Source: Takakia lepidozioides
Lineage: Eukaryota > Plantae > Bryophyta
Assembly: GCA_030704615.1 (NCBI GenBank)
Contig: CM060731.1
Coordinates: 72,230,001 to 72,294,000, forward strand
Direction: 5' to 3'
DNA: 64,000 nt
The notes beneath the pieces are model-generated. The model made no database searches. It worked only from the letters and a program-made list of their open reading frames with translations, and was not told the origin of the DNA. The position numbers and the translations under genes are program-made. This document shows positions 24,727-38,100 of this stretch, in pieces. Every line of letters begins with the position of its first letter. Position 1 is the first letter of the stretch.

Positions 24727-24938
24727 GTTCTCAGGTCTGGTTTTTAAGCTGCTGTTTCTTTCAGTAAACCATGACTGGTGTCTTAGCTCCCCGTTGTGGC
24801 TCTGTTTTGCTTCAGGCATAGATGGTAGAACCCTCTTTCTTAGATTTATGCCCAAGTGCTTGGTTCTAAGGTCTGGTTTTTCAAGCTGCTGATCCCCTCA
24901 GTAAACTATGACTGGTTTTTTTAGCTCCCCATAGTGGT
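24727..24938. repeat. Diverged ~75-bp direct repeat pair
   Basis: gttct.aggtctggttttt.aagctgctg...tcagtaaac.atgactggt...ttagctcccc at about 24727 and about 24863. Confidence 0.85.
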
Positions 24939-25039
24939 GCTCATGGAGGTTCCCCCCCCCCAATTGTAACGCCTAATGGCCCCCATAAGGTTATTTTTTC
25001 CTCGTTTCTCAATTTGATTAAAAGGGCTCCGTCCCCTTA

Positions 25040-25193
25040 AATAAATATATAAATATATAAATATATAAATAAATATATAAATATATAAAAATATATATAT
25101 GATAATTTAAAAGAAAAACCTCGCCTTGAAGGCTTTTGCATGGGACACCGTTTACAACAGATTCGTTTACAACAGACACGTTTACAACAGATT
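25040..25193. repeat. AT-rich (AAATATAT)n tract followed by a 3x15-bp tandem repeat
   Basis: AT tract at about 25040-25100; CGTTTACAACAGA(TT/CA) three times at 25149-25193. Confidence 0.9.
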
Positions 25194-25306
25194 CTCCTCC
25201 TGCAGGATATTCAAATGAAATGAAATGGTATGTAGAAAATTCATGATGTGCGAAGGCTCGACTCGGGCCAGATCGCCGGATATTATTTGACCTACAGGGT
25301 CCATGA
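25180..25306 (+). repeat. ~120-bp dispersed repeat with an inverted copy at about 33368-33477
   Basis: Its reverse complement (tcatggaccctgtaggtcaa..tcgcacatcatgaattttctac..catttcatttcattt..ctgcaggaggagaatctgttgtaa) is present in a kinesin intron. Confidence 0.88.
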
Positions 25307-26123
25307 AAAAAAAAAAAAAAAAGTAGTAGAGTAGGATGGTACTAGGTAGCATACTAGTAGTATACTATAGTCTATACTGGGAATTTCAAACAGACGTAAG
25401 GTTTGAACTTTGAATGACTAACTTACATTGTGGAGTCTCATCACTGTGTTCTTTGAATGTTGCCGCCCGCTCTTTTCCGGCCACCGCACTTGGTGACCGT
25501 TATGGCCGTGTGCGCGCGCAAGCGATCCCCCACGCATCCATCGTCCCCTCACGCCTGGGGGGCCTCGGTTTGCAAACACATTGTAAGCGACAGAGAGAGA
25601 GAGAGAAAAAGAGGGAGAGAGATACGTAGATCTTGAGGAGCAAGTGACAAGTTGTAGGCTGGTGCATGTGTGCGTGTCATAGGGTAGTTAAATTTGTGCG
25701 AAGGAAAGAAACGTGGAGAGAGGCTTGGAGGGATCCTGCTTCGGCCTTTGTGGTGGATTGGAGGCATCGGCATTGTGATTCCTGTTTCCTCTACCCTTTT
25801 TTGGGGGTTCGTCAGGGAATTGACGGTGGCTTGAGCATTGTTTTTGGACTATTTTGGTAGGGTTGAAGATATGCAAACTGACTTGTTTGCACCGGCCCCC
25901 ATTGCTACCGACCGTATCCGTTCTGTGGGTCGCACCTCAGATTTCTGTGTTGAGTTTTAGAAGTTGATGGCAGATAATCAAGAAGTTGATCAAGGTCAAA
26001 CACTTCTTTGCAGTGCAGAGAGATTGTTCGATTGGTAAGCTCCATGTTACAAGTGAGGACAGTTTACATACGAGTGCGAAAGTGGAAAAGATTGGCTGGC
26101 ACACGTGAGAGAGTGAGAGGGAG

Positions 26124-29100
26124 ATGGTGACCAAAGGGATTTCACCGCTTCGTCTCTTCACACAGAACTCCCCAAAGAAATTACTCCAAGGGAATGGCAG
26201 TGAAAATTGTAGCAATTCTGGTAGTGATGCATCGTCAACAACCGCCCGGCATCCACTCTGTCCCATCCTTGAGGGTGCCCGCAATCCTTTGACCGAGTAT
26301 GCAGAACCCTCTCCCGCTAGAGTGACGACAGAACCGTCCACTCCTCGAGGGAAGAAACGAGGTGCATCAGGGTACACGCAGTCAGAGAACGTGGAGGGCA
26401 ATCGTTCAGCTTCGGGGACCCCTGAAAGGAATGTACTGTCCTCCTCAACACAATTGGCAGTGCCTTTGAACACAAAGGCCAGGTACACATGGCAATATAA
26501 GCAGCCTGCATCTCATGGCTTGGAGATTCCAGGAACTTCTGGAATAAGGCGCTCTCCATCACTCTCTCGCACGCTGCAAGAGAATAATCGGTCGGATAAC
26601 ATTGATGCGGCTACTCCTCCCAAGAACCTGCGAAACCCAGCCTCCACGGCTGAGCAGAATGTGAAGGAATCTTCCAATAGCAGTAGAATAGGGCAGGAAG
26701 GGGGCAACAAGGCTGCAAGTGATACTCTTCATGGAACTCCCCGGGCAGCTCGAAATGGAGGTGGAAAGCTCCCCGTTGATGCAGAAGCTGGTGCACTCCA
26801 CAAGTGGAATTCTTGTGGCCACCAAAATGCTGGAACCCCCAGCCGGAGTGTGACTCGAACACTGAAATACGGGGGGACACCATCCAATGCAAATGTTTCG
26901 GCAGGCGGTCTCTCGTGCACCAGGGGTACGGGGTCTATGGGATGCGTTGGGAAATCGATGGGGTCACAGAACGCCAGCCAGCACAGCCTGGAGCAACATT
27001 TTGAGCTTGAGGAGGACACAACTTTCTGGAAGGACCATAATGTGCAGGTGGGTGTTCTCTACCAATGTATTTATTCTCATGTTATATGCTTTCTCCCTGG
27101 TTACTGCCCTAAGCTACCCTAACCAGGCTGAGTGCCGGTTGCCCTAAGCTACTTGCAGACCTTAATATACTTCAATTTGTCCCTGCCACTTGTTGGTCAG
27201 TATCCCTTGTAAATCATTCTGGCATTCTAGTGTGTTATTTTCTAGCTGCATGTAACACCTCCATCGTATTTTGTTTTGAAAGTAACCAGAATTCTTTGAA
27301 TTTTGTGTGGGAATGTAAAGCTTTGACATGGAAACTTATGAGTTTTGGGTATTACATGGGCTTATTGCCACACTACAATGCTTCTGCAGGTATTAATCCG
27401 CACTCGACCAATTAGCAGTTCAGAATTGGTGACACAGGGGCTTAACAGATGTGTGAAGCAGGAGAGTGCCCACACTGTCACCTGGCTTGGCCAACCTGAG
27501 TCAAGGTTTACGTTTGACCATGTGGCTGGGGAAATGATATCGCAGGTATACTTTGCATGGAAGCTTTATTTGACATTCCTTGAATGCAGACATATTGAAG
27601 TTACCTGGTGCTAGCATTGAATTGTCTAGTATCTATGGCTTCAATTAGATCTGTGTCTATCATAATTGCAGAGAGGGTTGCCTTGGAGATGGCATGACTA
27701 TACAAAGTGCTCTTACTGTTAGTTTTGGTGGATGTAGGAGAAATTGTTTAAAGTCGCAGGATTGCCCATGGTGGAGAATTGCATGGCTGGGTACAACAGC
27801 TGCATGTTTTGTTATGGCCAGGTCAGCACCAAACTTGTTCTCTTATGCTTGTCTCTGCCACAGAGAAAGAAACAACACAATAACAAGAAATGAATGAAAT
27901 GGTATCTTATAATGTCCGTAGAAAGCTCAAAGAGCTTATGGGACAAGAGAAAGCTTGAAACAAAAAAGAGAGTGGGCCTCACAGAAAGTGGGGCACAAAG
28001 GTGGAAATTCTCATCCACATAAGCTGCTAGGCACTTCAGGTCCTCATAGCTAGAAAAGGCATCTGCCATAGAGAGGGACGTCCAAGCTATTGTGGACTGA
28101 GTATGACTAGTAAGATAACATGTTGCCTCTGATGATGTTGCTTTTTTCCTTTCATTGAAGCGAAATTCAGGTTGAGGTATATCATCTTTGAAACGGTATG
28201 TAGTATATATCTACCTTGTGGTTGTACTGAAACAACATGGTATGAAAATTTCCATCCATCTGCACACTTCTGAGGCTTGGAGGTTTATGACAGACGGGCA
28301 GTGGGAAAACCCACACAATGCTTGGAGACATTGTCGACCTTGACCATCGGCCTAGTGATGACAGAGGCATGACTCCGCGTGTGTTCGAGTACCTTTTTGC
28401 AAAAATTCGAATGGTACGTGGGCAAGGTGTGATATATTTAAAGTGTTTGAGCTTCAATTCCTAGTGTATATAAGTAGCTGTCCATCTCTGCCTCTCTGTC
28501 TCTCTGTCTCTGTCGCTCTCGCTCTCGCTCTTGCCTTTAGATGTGGGGGAAATTGGTCCTTACCTCTTGATGAGCACCACACTGCATGGTCTGTGATACA
28601 GCATTGGAGACCCATTGCCTTGAGTGGCTCACACATGCAAACAGTAGACACCATGGGATGTACAGATCAGTTTTCTAAGCAGCAAGCTATGTGGAATGGA
28701 CGCATGCTGCATGGGTAGTAAGGGTATGGTCTATTGATAGAAGTCACTGGCACATTGCAGGAGGAAGAAGTCCGCAAGCATGAGCACTTGAAGTATGTCT
28801 GCAAGTGTTCTTTTTTGGAAATATACAATGAGCAGATTACTGACCTACTCGAGCCCTCCTCTACCAATTTGCAGGTATGAAGTCTCCTTATCCTTACTAT
28901 GGTAGGCACTGCTGAAAGCTCAGACATGTTTTTGTAAGGCAGTTGATGCAACTCTTTGAATCATACAGTGGTGATTACATGGCAGGATTTCCCAGAATTT
29001 GAAGCTCATTGAGTTCTTAAGTTTCAGCTTACATGCTCTTGTCCATCTGGGGACCTTCTGACACAGATGCGAGAGGATATCAAAACGGGAGTTTATGTGG

Positions 29101-32100
29101 AGAACTTGTCAGAGCTTGAGGTGCAGAGTGTTCGGGATGTTGTCCGTCTCCTCCTCCTGGTAATATGCCTTCCTGAGTTCATGCAGTCAGGTGGGCGATA
29201 AAAGCTTGAAAAATTCTCGATGCTGCTTTGGTACTTCATGAAAAGTGGCCCTGACTTTCTATTTTTCGAAAATCACTTTAAACTTTTGGACCTAGAAGAT
29301 GTTCTTGAGGAAGCCTATGTATATCAAACCAAACTAGATCTTGGGAGCATTGACCAACTGAGGAAAGTTGGTCCATTTTGACCACATCTGATATACACCT
29401 ATGGGACCGAAGGAATAGAAAGAAAAAGAATTTTATAACGTCCACCAGAAGCTCTAAAGAGCTTATGGAACTATTCGAAGTTCGAGATGAAATCTTGAAA
29501 CCAAAATCCGGGACTCTCATTTAATGAGAGACAGTGGTTCGTATTGTACTGAAATGGAAGGAACTTCGTAGAGAAGAAATGAGATGAACTGATACTCTAT
29601 ATAAGGTTCCAATGGAGGAAAGGGAAGGAACGTTGTAGAAAGAACTACAATAAATTATTATGGTGGTGGGAGGAAAAAGCACCAAGGACACAAATTGGGA
29701 AATTGAGAGCTCACTTTCTATTGTGTCCTTTCAGGGAGCAGCCAATCGGAAAGTGGCTGCCACGAACATGAACAGGGAGAGCAGTCGTTCCCACAGTGTG
29801 TTTACCTGCATCATTGAAAGCAAGGTTTACCACTTCCATTTCCTCCAGCAATGAAGGCCGATCTTGTGTCTTTGCCTTCCTTCTGCCCAGTATTCTCACT
29901 TGTTTTTAAGACTATCGTCTGTGGTATTATCTTTTAAGGTGGTTGGGTCAGAGGTGGAGATATGTTCTTAAATAGTTGTGTTTGTTTGTGGACTGGATTT
30001 TGCGTATGCAGTGGGAATGTGAGTCTATAACCAACATTCGATTTGGGCGATTGAATCTGGTTGACCTGGCAGGATCTGAAAGGTAACCCTGTAGTGGCCA
30101 TTATCTTTTCGTCGATTGGTTATTCTGACTCTCATTGTCCAATATGTGGGAGTAAGCAAAACGAAGAAGGTTTACTGAACATGGGTAACAGAACCTGTGG
30201 GATGCTCAATGCAAACAGGCAGAAGACCTCAGGGGCTGAAGGCGAGCGCTTGAAAGAAGCTGTCAACATCAACAAGTCCCTCTCAACCCTTGGGTAAATG
30301 CAATTTGAGATTGTTGTAAATTTTCAGTTAGAGGTATAAACAGGTTGAATGCCAGATTGGTGGGAGAAGGAAGGAAGTTTATGATGTCCATGGAGCATAG
30401 CAAAGTAATACAGTGCCAGGGTAACAGGCCTATACCAGTGTATGAGACAGATCAGGTAAGTCTCTCTTGCCCAAACGGACCTGAAAATTGTCTGTATTTC
30501 AAAAATTTTACACCTTGCCAGTGATGAGCAGCTTGAAGAGATACTATATGTCTCTAAACAGGGCATGAGATTGTACTCATAAGACGTTGTTTGCCGTAGC
30601 CTTGTGGCCATTGACCCCGCGCCCAGTTTGAGCAGGAACAAAAGGGACAGAACCTACCTCTGTCAGGGGCTGACGTTGGTAGTACGACTTACCTCCATAT
30701 ATGGAATTAATCCGGGTTTTCCAGATATCCTCTAGAAATCCCTTCACACAAGCATCAATCTGCTGTGTGTGATTTGCCCAAAAACTAGGCCTCAGGAGGG
30801 CCTGGGCTTTTGGCTCAGCCTCGAGACTTTCAAAGTTGGTAAACAGGGGTACAGGCACAATACCCTTAATAGATTTGAAGAGAGCGTCTCTTTGGTGAGA
30901 GAACCCCGGACAGTGTATCAGAAAATGAATACTGTCTTCAGATTGCCCACACAACGGGCAATTGCACTCTCCCTTTCCTCTCTGCTTCTGTTTGCTGTTC
31001 AAAGGTAGGCTTCCTGCCCTGAGTTTAAATTTCAGTCTAGTGCCGAGAGTGGGTAGACCCTTGAGGTCATCCAAGATGTCCTCCCCCATGTCACAGACTG
31101 GAAACAAGTTCAGGGAAGTTTTCTGCCTAACTTCATTTTCATCAGACAATCTCATGGCAACAGACATGGCTGAGGACACTACAGCCTCTAAGTCAGATTT
31201 ATCCAGCAGGGTCAAGACTTGCGGATCCAGGTCCAGGTCCTTGAGGATCTCTTCTACTCTCTTCTGCCAGGACTTAGCCTGTTTGACAGGGCGGTCCTGT
31301 TTCCAAGATATAGAGTCGATTAACTTAGGATATCTGGTGTTGGGCATATGTTGCAGCTGACCCCACCATCTGACCTTGAATTCATCTCGTCGGGAGCTTA
31401 AGGACGGAATGCCAAACTCACCCCGAACAGCCACATTGGCTGTTGGAGCATGCTGACATACACTCCTTAAGCACCCCCACTCTAAACAGGGCATGAGAGA
31501 CAAAAAACCTGAGCAGGAAATCACATTTTTTGTATCACAGGCTCGTGATCATGATCCTGGTGGATGTAGCAAATGGGAAACAGCGTCATGTGCCATACCG
31601 TGATTCCAAGCTCACTTTTCTTCTTCAGGTGGGGTCACACAATCGAATACTGTGTGGATGCCTTTCCATTGTTTGTCTTGTCAGATTCAATTGCTGACAA
31701 ATTCTCAAAGTGATGAGTCAATTATCTTCATTTTCCTGACCGCAGTTTTCTCAGTGATTAGCATATTTGAAATATTGATGAATATTGCAGGCTATTGAAA
31801 GATGGAATTGTTGGAGTGCAGGATTCACTTGGAGGGAATTCGAAAACAACAATGATTGCAAATATCAGTCCTTCGAGCTGGTAAATTAGCTGCTTATTTG
31901 CTGTACATTTTGCTTTGCTTCTCTTCTCCATATTATCGTCTGCAGAGTTTTATAAGAATGACCACATCGATGCACAATCTTGGTGCATTTTGTTTTCTGA
32001 CATCAACCGAGTATGTTGTGATTGTGATATGTCTTGGTGCGTATTTACTGGATGTTCTTGACATGGCAGTTGTGGACTGGAGACATTGAGTACGCTGAAG

Positions 32101-35100
32101 TTTGCTCAGCGTGCGAAGTTCATCCGTAACAATGTATAAATTTAATCACATCTTCCCCATATTGCTAAATTCAACATCGTGGTTGTACTATAATCAGCTG
32201 AGCAATTGTAGATGGTGAAGAATCTCTTGTGTTGATTCCTGTGTGAATAGCAGCATGTGGCAAGATGGTTGGCTGCTCCTGTCTTTGAAACTGTTTTCTT
32301 TGACAGGCTGTCATTAACGAAGATGCCTCTGGAGATGTGAATGACCTGCGTCAGCAAATTCAACAGTTGAAGGTGTGCTGAGCACTAGGTGTTCCTGTGT
32401 ATGGCCCATTCTGTCCATTGCAGTATTTAGATATTCAAGACCTTTCCCTTATGTTCGTTTTGAAGTTTCAGGTGGTCTGTAGAGCTGTCTGTGGATTAGC
32501 TCTGTTGTTTTGTGGTTTGTTTCTTTGTTGTTCTAGAAGAGTCCCTTGGTGATTTCGGCTCCTTGCAAGTGTAGTAAATTTCTACCTTGACATGAGTAGG
32601 AGGAATTGGATCGTTTTCGAAGACAAAATGTATCAAGACCAGCCTCATTGTGGTCATCAGAGTCATTGCAAGATGGCATACCAGCAGGTGACTATGGATA
32701 TTGTAAATCCATGGTTTCTGCTGATGGGCTTGAGCCAGCTCGTTGCTCTTTAGACTCATGGGAGTTCAGCAAAGCTCTCGCTGGCCCACAAATATCATTT
32801 AAGAAGGTGTGTCCACAGTTATCTTGCTTCATTGCCTGTAGATATTGTTCGTTTACTGTCTACGATGTGCGGTGGTCAACGCCTGTTCTGTGAACTTCCA
32901 CATGGCAGCTGCTTGGAAATATTGGGAGAAAGTCATTTCATTTCTTAGAGAGGACCCCACTCTCTTGTTTCATGCTTTCTCTTGTCCCATCTGCTCTTTA
33001 AGTTTCTGCGGATGTTCTTAAGTACCATTTCATCTCTTTTTTGTTGTGTTATTGTTCTGCATATACAAGGTCTCCTGAACAACTCACATCGCAATCTGTG
33101 TGTTGGTTGTTGATGTGGTTGATTCTTCTACTGCTCATCTTAAGCTTTCTTAAGGGTATGGACATAGAACATTAATGACTGCATGAGGGGGTTGTAAGTC
33201 AGATGAAAGCAATGGAGGCAGTATTGGCAGGTGCTCTCAGAAGAGAGCAGGCAGCTGACCTCTATGCAAAGCGACTGGCTGCAGAGATTGAGCAACTGAA
33301 TCGCTTGGTGCGCATTTTCCCAACTTTGTCGTTGTCCATCTGTGTTTATTTCCTTGTTTTCTGCTTCTCATGGACCCTGTAGGTCAATATCTATCTGGCC
33401 CTCTCGCACATCATGAATTTTCTACCATTTCATTTCATTTAAATGTCCTGACTGCAGGAGGAGAATCTGTTGTAACGGATCTTACCGGAACTAATTAGCC
33501 ATGTCACCACTCACAAACTATACCTGTCCGATGGGCCCTCATGGTCCCCTATGCACGTTCCAAGCTCTTTGAGCTGTCCACAGACATTATAACGTCGCTA
33601 TATTTCGTTTTCTGCTATGAGATCAAGGGTAGATCATATTGCCTATTCTGAGATAGCCGATTTGTTACAAAGGTGTTCCACCAAGGATCAGAAATGCTAG
33701 GTGGCGTATCTGCATAGATGTACAGCAGAGACAATGGTTGTTGTTTTTGGGCTGCTTTCTGTGGCCTGACTCTTTCTTGTTTGCCGCTTTCACTTGTCCC
33801 AGAAGCTCTTATGCAGACATGATAAAGTGTCATTTCACTTCATTCATTTCTTCTTGTTTTCGCTCATTTTTGTTGGCAAGCAGAACGGAAAATGACCCAG
33901 GAAAAAACTCTCCCTCTTGCTCTCTCATCAAAACAAGCATGTGTGGCTTCAGTTCCTGCTTGTATTGGCTGCTGGTAATTCCATGCGGGATGGGCAGGGA
34001 AGGAATGTTTTCATTTTAAATGGAGAGAGTTTGGCAGAGAAATGAAATGAAATGAAATGAAATGATGCTTTATAACATCCGCGGAAAGCTCATAGAGCAG
34101 AGAAAGAAGGGCAACACAAGTGAAATTATGATTGGGTTCTTTTGTATTGAAAAGCTGAAGAGGAGGTCGTATGCCTTATGGTTACAGGTCAGGCAACGCG
34201 AAGACAACTCACAATGCAGCAAGATGATGCTTCGTTTCCGAGAAGAGAAAATCCGACGACTTGAGTCCCTCTCAGATGGTCTCTTGTCAGCTGAGACTTA
34301 CCTCTTAGAGGAAAAAAATGCACTGATGGAGGAATTGCAGCTAGCACGTGGGCGGATAGACCGCAATCCTGAGCTGACACGATTTGCAATGGAGAACATA
34401 CGCCTTTTGGAGCAACTTCGAAGGTTTGCACAACAAACTAATGTTATGTCTCAGTTGTAGCTTATATTTTAGACAGTTATCTTCACTTGTTAGATGTTCA
34501 CAAAGAAGATGTTAACTCTGCCCATGGTTTATCTTTTAACTGACATGTAGAAGAACATTGCAAAAGTCTGACCCATTAGCAATTAAAGGCACTCCGTTTT
34601 GTGCACATTATTTATAAGCCAAAATTGTCAGTTCAGGTTCCAGGACTTCTATTCTGATGGAGAAAGGGAGGTGATGGAAGAGGAGATCTCAAATTTGCGG
34701 GACCAAGTATGATAACTGTAGTTGTTTAATTGATCCATTTTTTTGGGTGATGAAAGAGGCAAGAAGTTGGGTTGTGAGGGTTAATTATTCGATTGGTTGC
34801 CGCTCTAGCGTTCCCTTGGGGGCAGGTACCTGTGAGATATTTGAAGGCCATTTTCTGTGTCTTCTGATAAGTTCATAACTTGTGTATCACTATTTTATAA
34901 TAGATCCTGCTAGTAAGGCGCTGACAGTCTAGCATTCCTGATGTATGATGCAGTTGCTGGCAGTATTGGACACCAATCTCTCACTGGATTCACTCACAAC
35001 TCCGCAGGTTAATTTCTTGTGAGCTTTGCTTTTCTACACATCGTGTGCTGTTTGATAGTGGTTCTGAGTTGATTTTTTTAACAACTAATTCTATGGGAAT

Positions 35101-38100
35101 CCTGGGGAAGCGTTGAAGATCCATCTGCGCAGGCAGGAAGATGACAATTGACTTTGATGTCTTGACACCTATACATGCTTACACAGAGGGAGGCATTGGC
35201 GCCTGATCTTGCTGCTGCTAAAAGAGAAATTGAGCTTCTCCGGATTGAGGTATCGTGCTGAAGAAAGGTGTTGGTTCTACGTAGCAGTTAGTTCATAGAA
35301 GTTTTATGGTCATAAATTCAAGTTATATGGGAGAGCCTTCCACATTTGGTGAGTTTGGATGTTGCTTGTTTCACAGGCCGACAACTATCGGAGAGAAGTT
35401 GAAGATTGCAGGAAAAATTTGAGTACCAGTCTAGAGTCCAATACAGAAATGGCGAGGTATGACCCTTTCTCACAATTCAAGAGCGGCTCAACAAATAAGA
35501 CAATGCACTTCCTTTTTTTACTCCCTGGGAAATTCCTACAATCAGCTATGCTAAATTAAGAAGGGATTTTCAGGATTCCACAGGATACTATTGAAGAGGG
35601 GTTGGAGTATCCTGAGATTTGCATAATTCCTTTCTGAGATCTTCTCATCCTTTTCGTGCCTGAATATGGCGATTGCTTCAATTTCATACACTCAAAGCAG
35701 GTTTGTGTACGTTTGGAGATCATCTCTGCGGTGCTAAGGAGTAGTGATGTCTGGTTAATTTTTGCAACATCCATCCGCAGCATCAAGAGAATTGGACATT
35801 GTGGGAGCCTTGGCCACAACACCTAGTGCTCATGCGGGCCTTATCCCATTTGCAACGCTTAAATACTGCAAAATATCTCGACCACCCAGCTTGAGATATT
35901 GCACAGTATCTTGAGCACTCTGAACAAAATGCTGTAAAGTATCCCAAGTTTAATGAACAAGATTTTACAGATATCAGTCAGATGGCCAAGCTAGCACCAC
36001 CAATTGTTTGTGGTACGCTGGTGTGCATCATGATCTTAAAGAGATGAAGATCTTTTAAGAGTCATGGTTGTTGGGAATGGTGGACAACGTCGAGTCCACT
36101 TTCGATATTCTAGTTCCACAATATGTTTAGTATCTGAGTATCTTTTGCCAAGTGTCTCCACTCCATGTGTCTCTTGCAAGGGTCCTGCATATTAGTTTGT
36201 AAACGGTGCATGATTGTTAGTGTAACTTAAGACATTCTCAAATATATCACTACAAGGAAAGAAGCTACAGTCCTGGTCTTACCATAAAGCCAACAGGTAA
36301 TGACAAATTTGTTTATCTGTGGCAGGCAACTGTACGAGGTGCAAATTGAGGTGTGTGGGTTGAAGGCAGAGTGCAGTCAACAGCTGCGAGAACTGGAGAC
36401 ATTAAAGGTTTCAGCCTATGGTTCTTTTTGGATGACGAATGATCGCGCAGGGTTCTTGTTTCATCTAACATGCTGTGGGGTGTTCTTGACCCAAATGAGA
36501 CATGAGGGTAACTCTGATTTTGGGCTTGGAGTAATTTGATAGTGGACCAAAATGATCTAGATTGTATTACACGCGTGTGGTCGCCATTCTCACCATCATT
36601 GATGATATGAGCAGGTGATATAAAGAGTCTTTCACTGTTCATTGACATGATGTGGCTGGTTTTTTCTACAGGCAAGAGCACTGGAGGTAGAATTGGAAAG
36701 CACAAGACACCTGAATGTTATATCTGAATTGAAGGCTGAGCTGCAGAAGGTGCCCACATCTTACCGAGTTCTAGTTTATGCAGTGTTTGATAGGACTTCG
36801 ACGTGCGACTGTTAAATTCCTGGATTAGGACCTCTGTCGGTAATGGTGATGTTTGTCAGCAGAGTGAGGAGAGGGCAGAGCTCGACACAGCCATTCAAAT
36901 GCAGCTCGATCAGCAGTTAAAGGTGGCCTTACAAGATGCAAAAATGCTTCAGATACAGCTCCAGGTAATTCAGTGAATACCATTTTACATGGACTATTAT
37001 TACAGTGTCAAGGTGTGATTATTCCGGTTTCTCGTTGTGCTTTTGTTCTGATGATATGCTGTACATGTAGGAATCCAAGGAGAGAGAGGTTGCAGTGGAA
37101 GCTCTTGCAAAGCAGTTGAAGAGTAGTGAAGTGAGCCTTGCAGTTGCTAAGGTGAACATCGATTTCTGTTTCAACGAGGGGTTTGGGGGTAGGGCCCACG
37201 AGCAGTTTAAGGAAATCAAAGAAGAATAAATATGCTCATTGGGGGCTTGGAGGGAGAGAAGAAATCAGGGAGAATGTTGCTTTTCTTGTATCCTGGAGTG
37301 TAACAGTTGTGGGGGCCCAACTCATAGTGGATATGTATCGCATTTTTTTCTCTTTCCTGTTCTTCCTGGTTTAGGATTTTCAGGTAAGGATCGAAGTGGA
37401 TAAAGCACATCATCTGATTCACCCCCTGGGTACAGACCAAATCTGGGAGATATTGGTGAAAGAGTCAGGGAGTTGTTTTGCTTGTGCACAAGCCTGTGCA
37501 CTCAATGTTGTTGCTTCTGATATGGGTGCAAATGAAGGGTTGGAAGAACAAGCCCATCAGTCTGATATGAGTTGCTTGGAGGAGTTGATGCAGCTACGAC
37601 CACAGGTGGTGTCTCTCGAGGTGGTTTTGGAGGAAGAACGAGTATCTGGAAAGCATCCGGAAGACAAGGTTGCTGATTCTAGCATGCACAAACATAATTC
37701 TCCCTTGCTTGATAATCGTGCAGGAGGGCCTGATGTACAAATGCAGGACCCTGTGATGGCCAGAGAGAGTGAACATTTGAATTCAATGGGAGTTACTTTT
37801 GAAGAGCAGTGTGGTCATGATAGAGGACCATTCTCGTGTTCGAGTGAGCAGCTGGCTGGACCAGGTACCGATAGTTACAAATGGAAAGAAAGTTCTCCAG
37901 GTCAACCACGGGTTGACAATGAGCAGCAGTCTTTTGATATGATGCAGCTGCAGTTGAAGTTGGTGTCAGTGGAGACTGCGTTGGAAGAAGAATGTGCCTG
38001 CCTAAAACAGGCGGAAGAGCAGAGTAGACACCTCAGGCAGCAGCTGGAGGAATCAGTGTGCAAGCTGGACCAGGAGAAAGCTGTCGTGGAAGCTCTAGAG

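Noticed and set aside
25149-25193. CRISPR-like repeat
   Set aside because: Three abutting 15-bp units with no unique spacers, in a eukaryotic locus with no cas genes.
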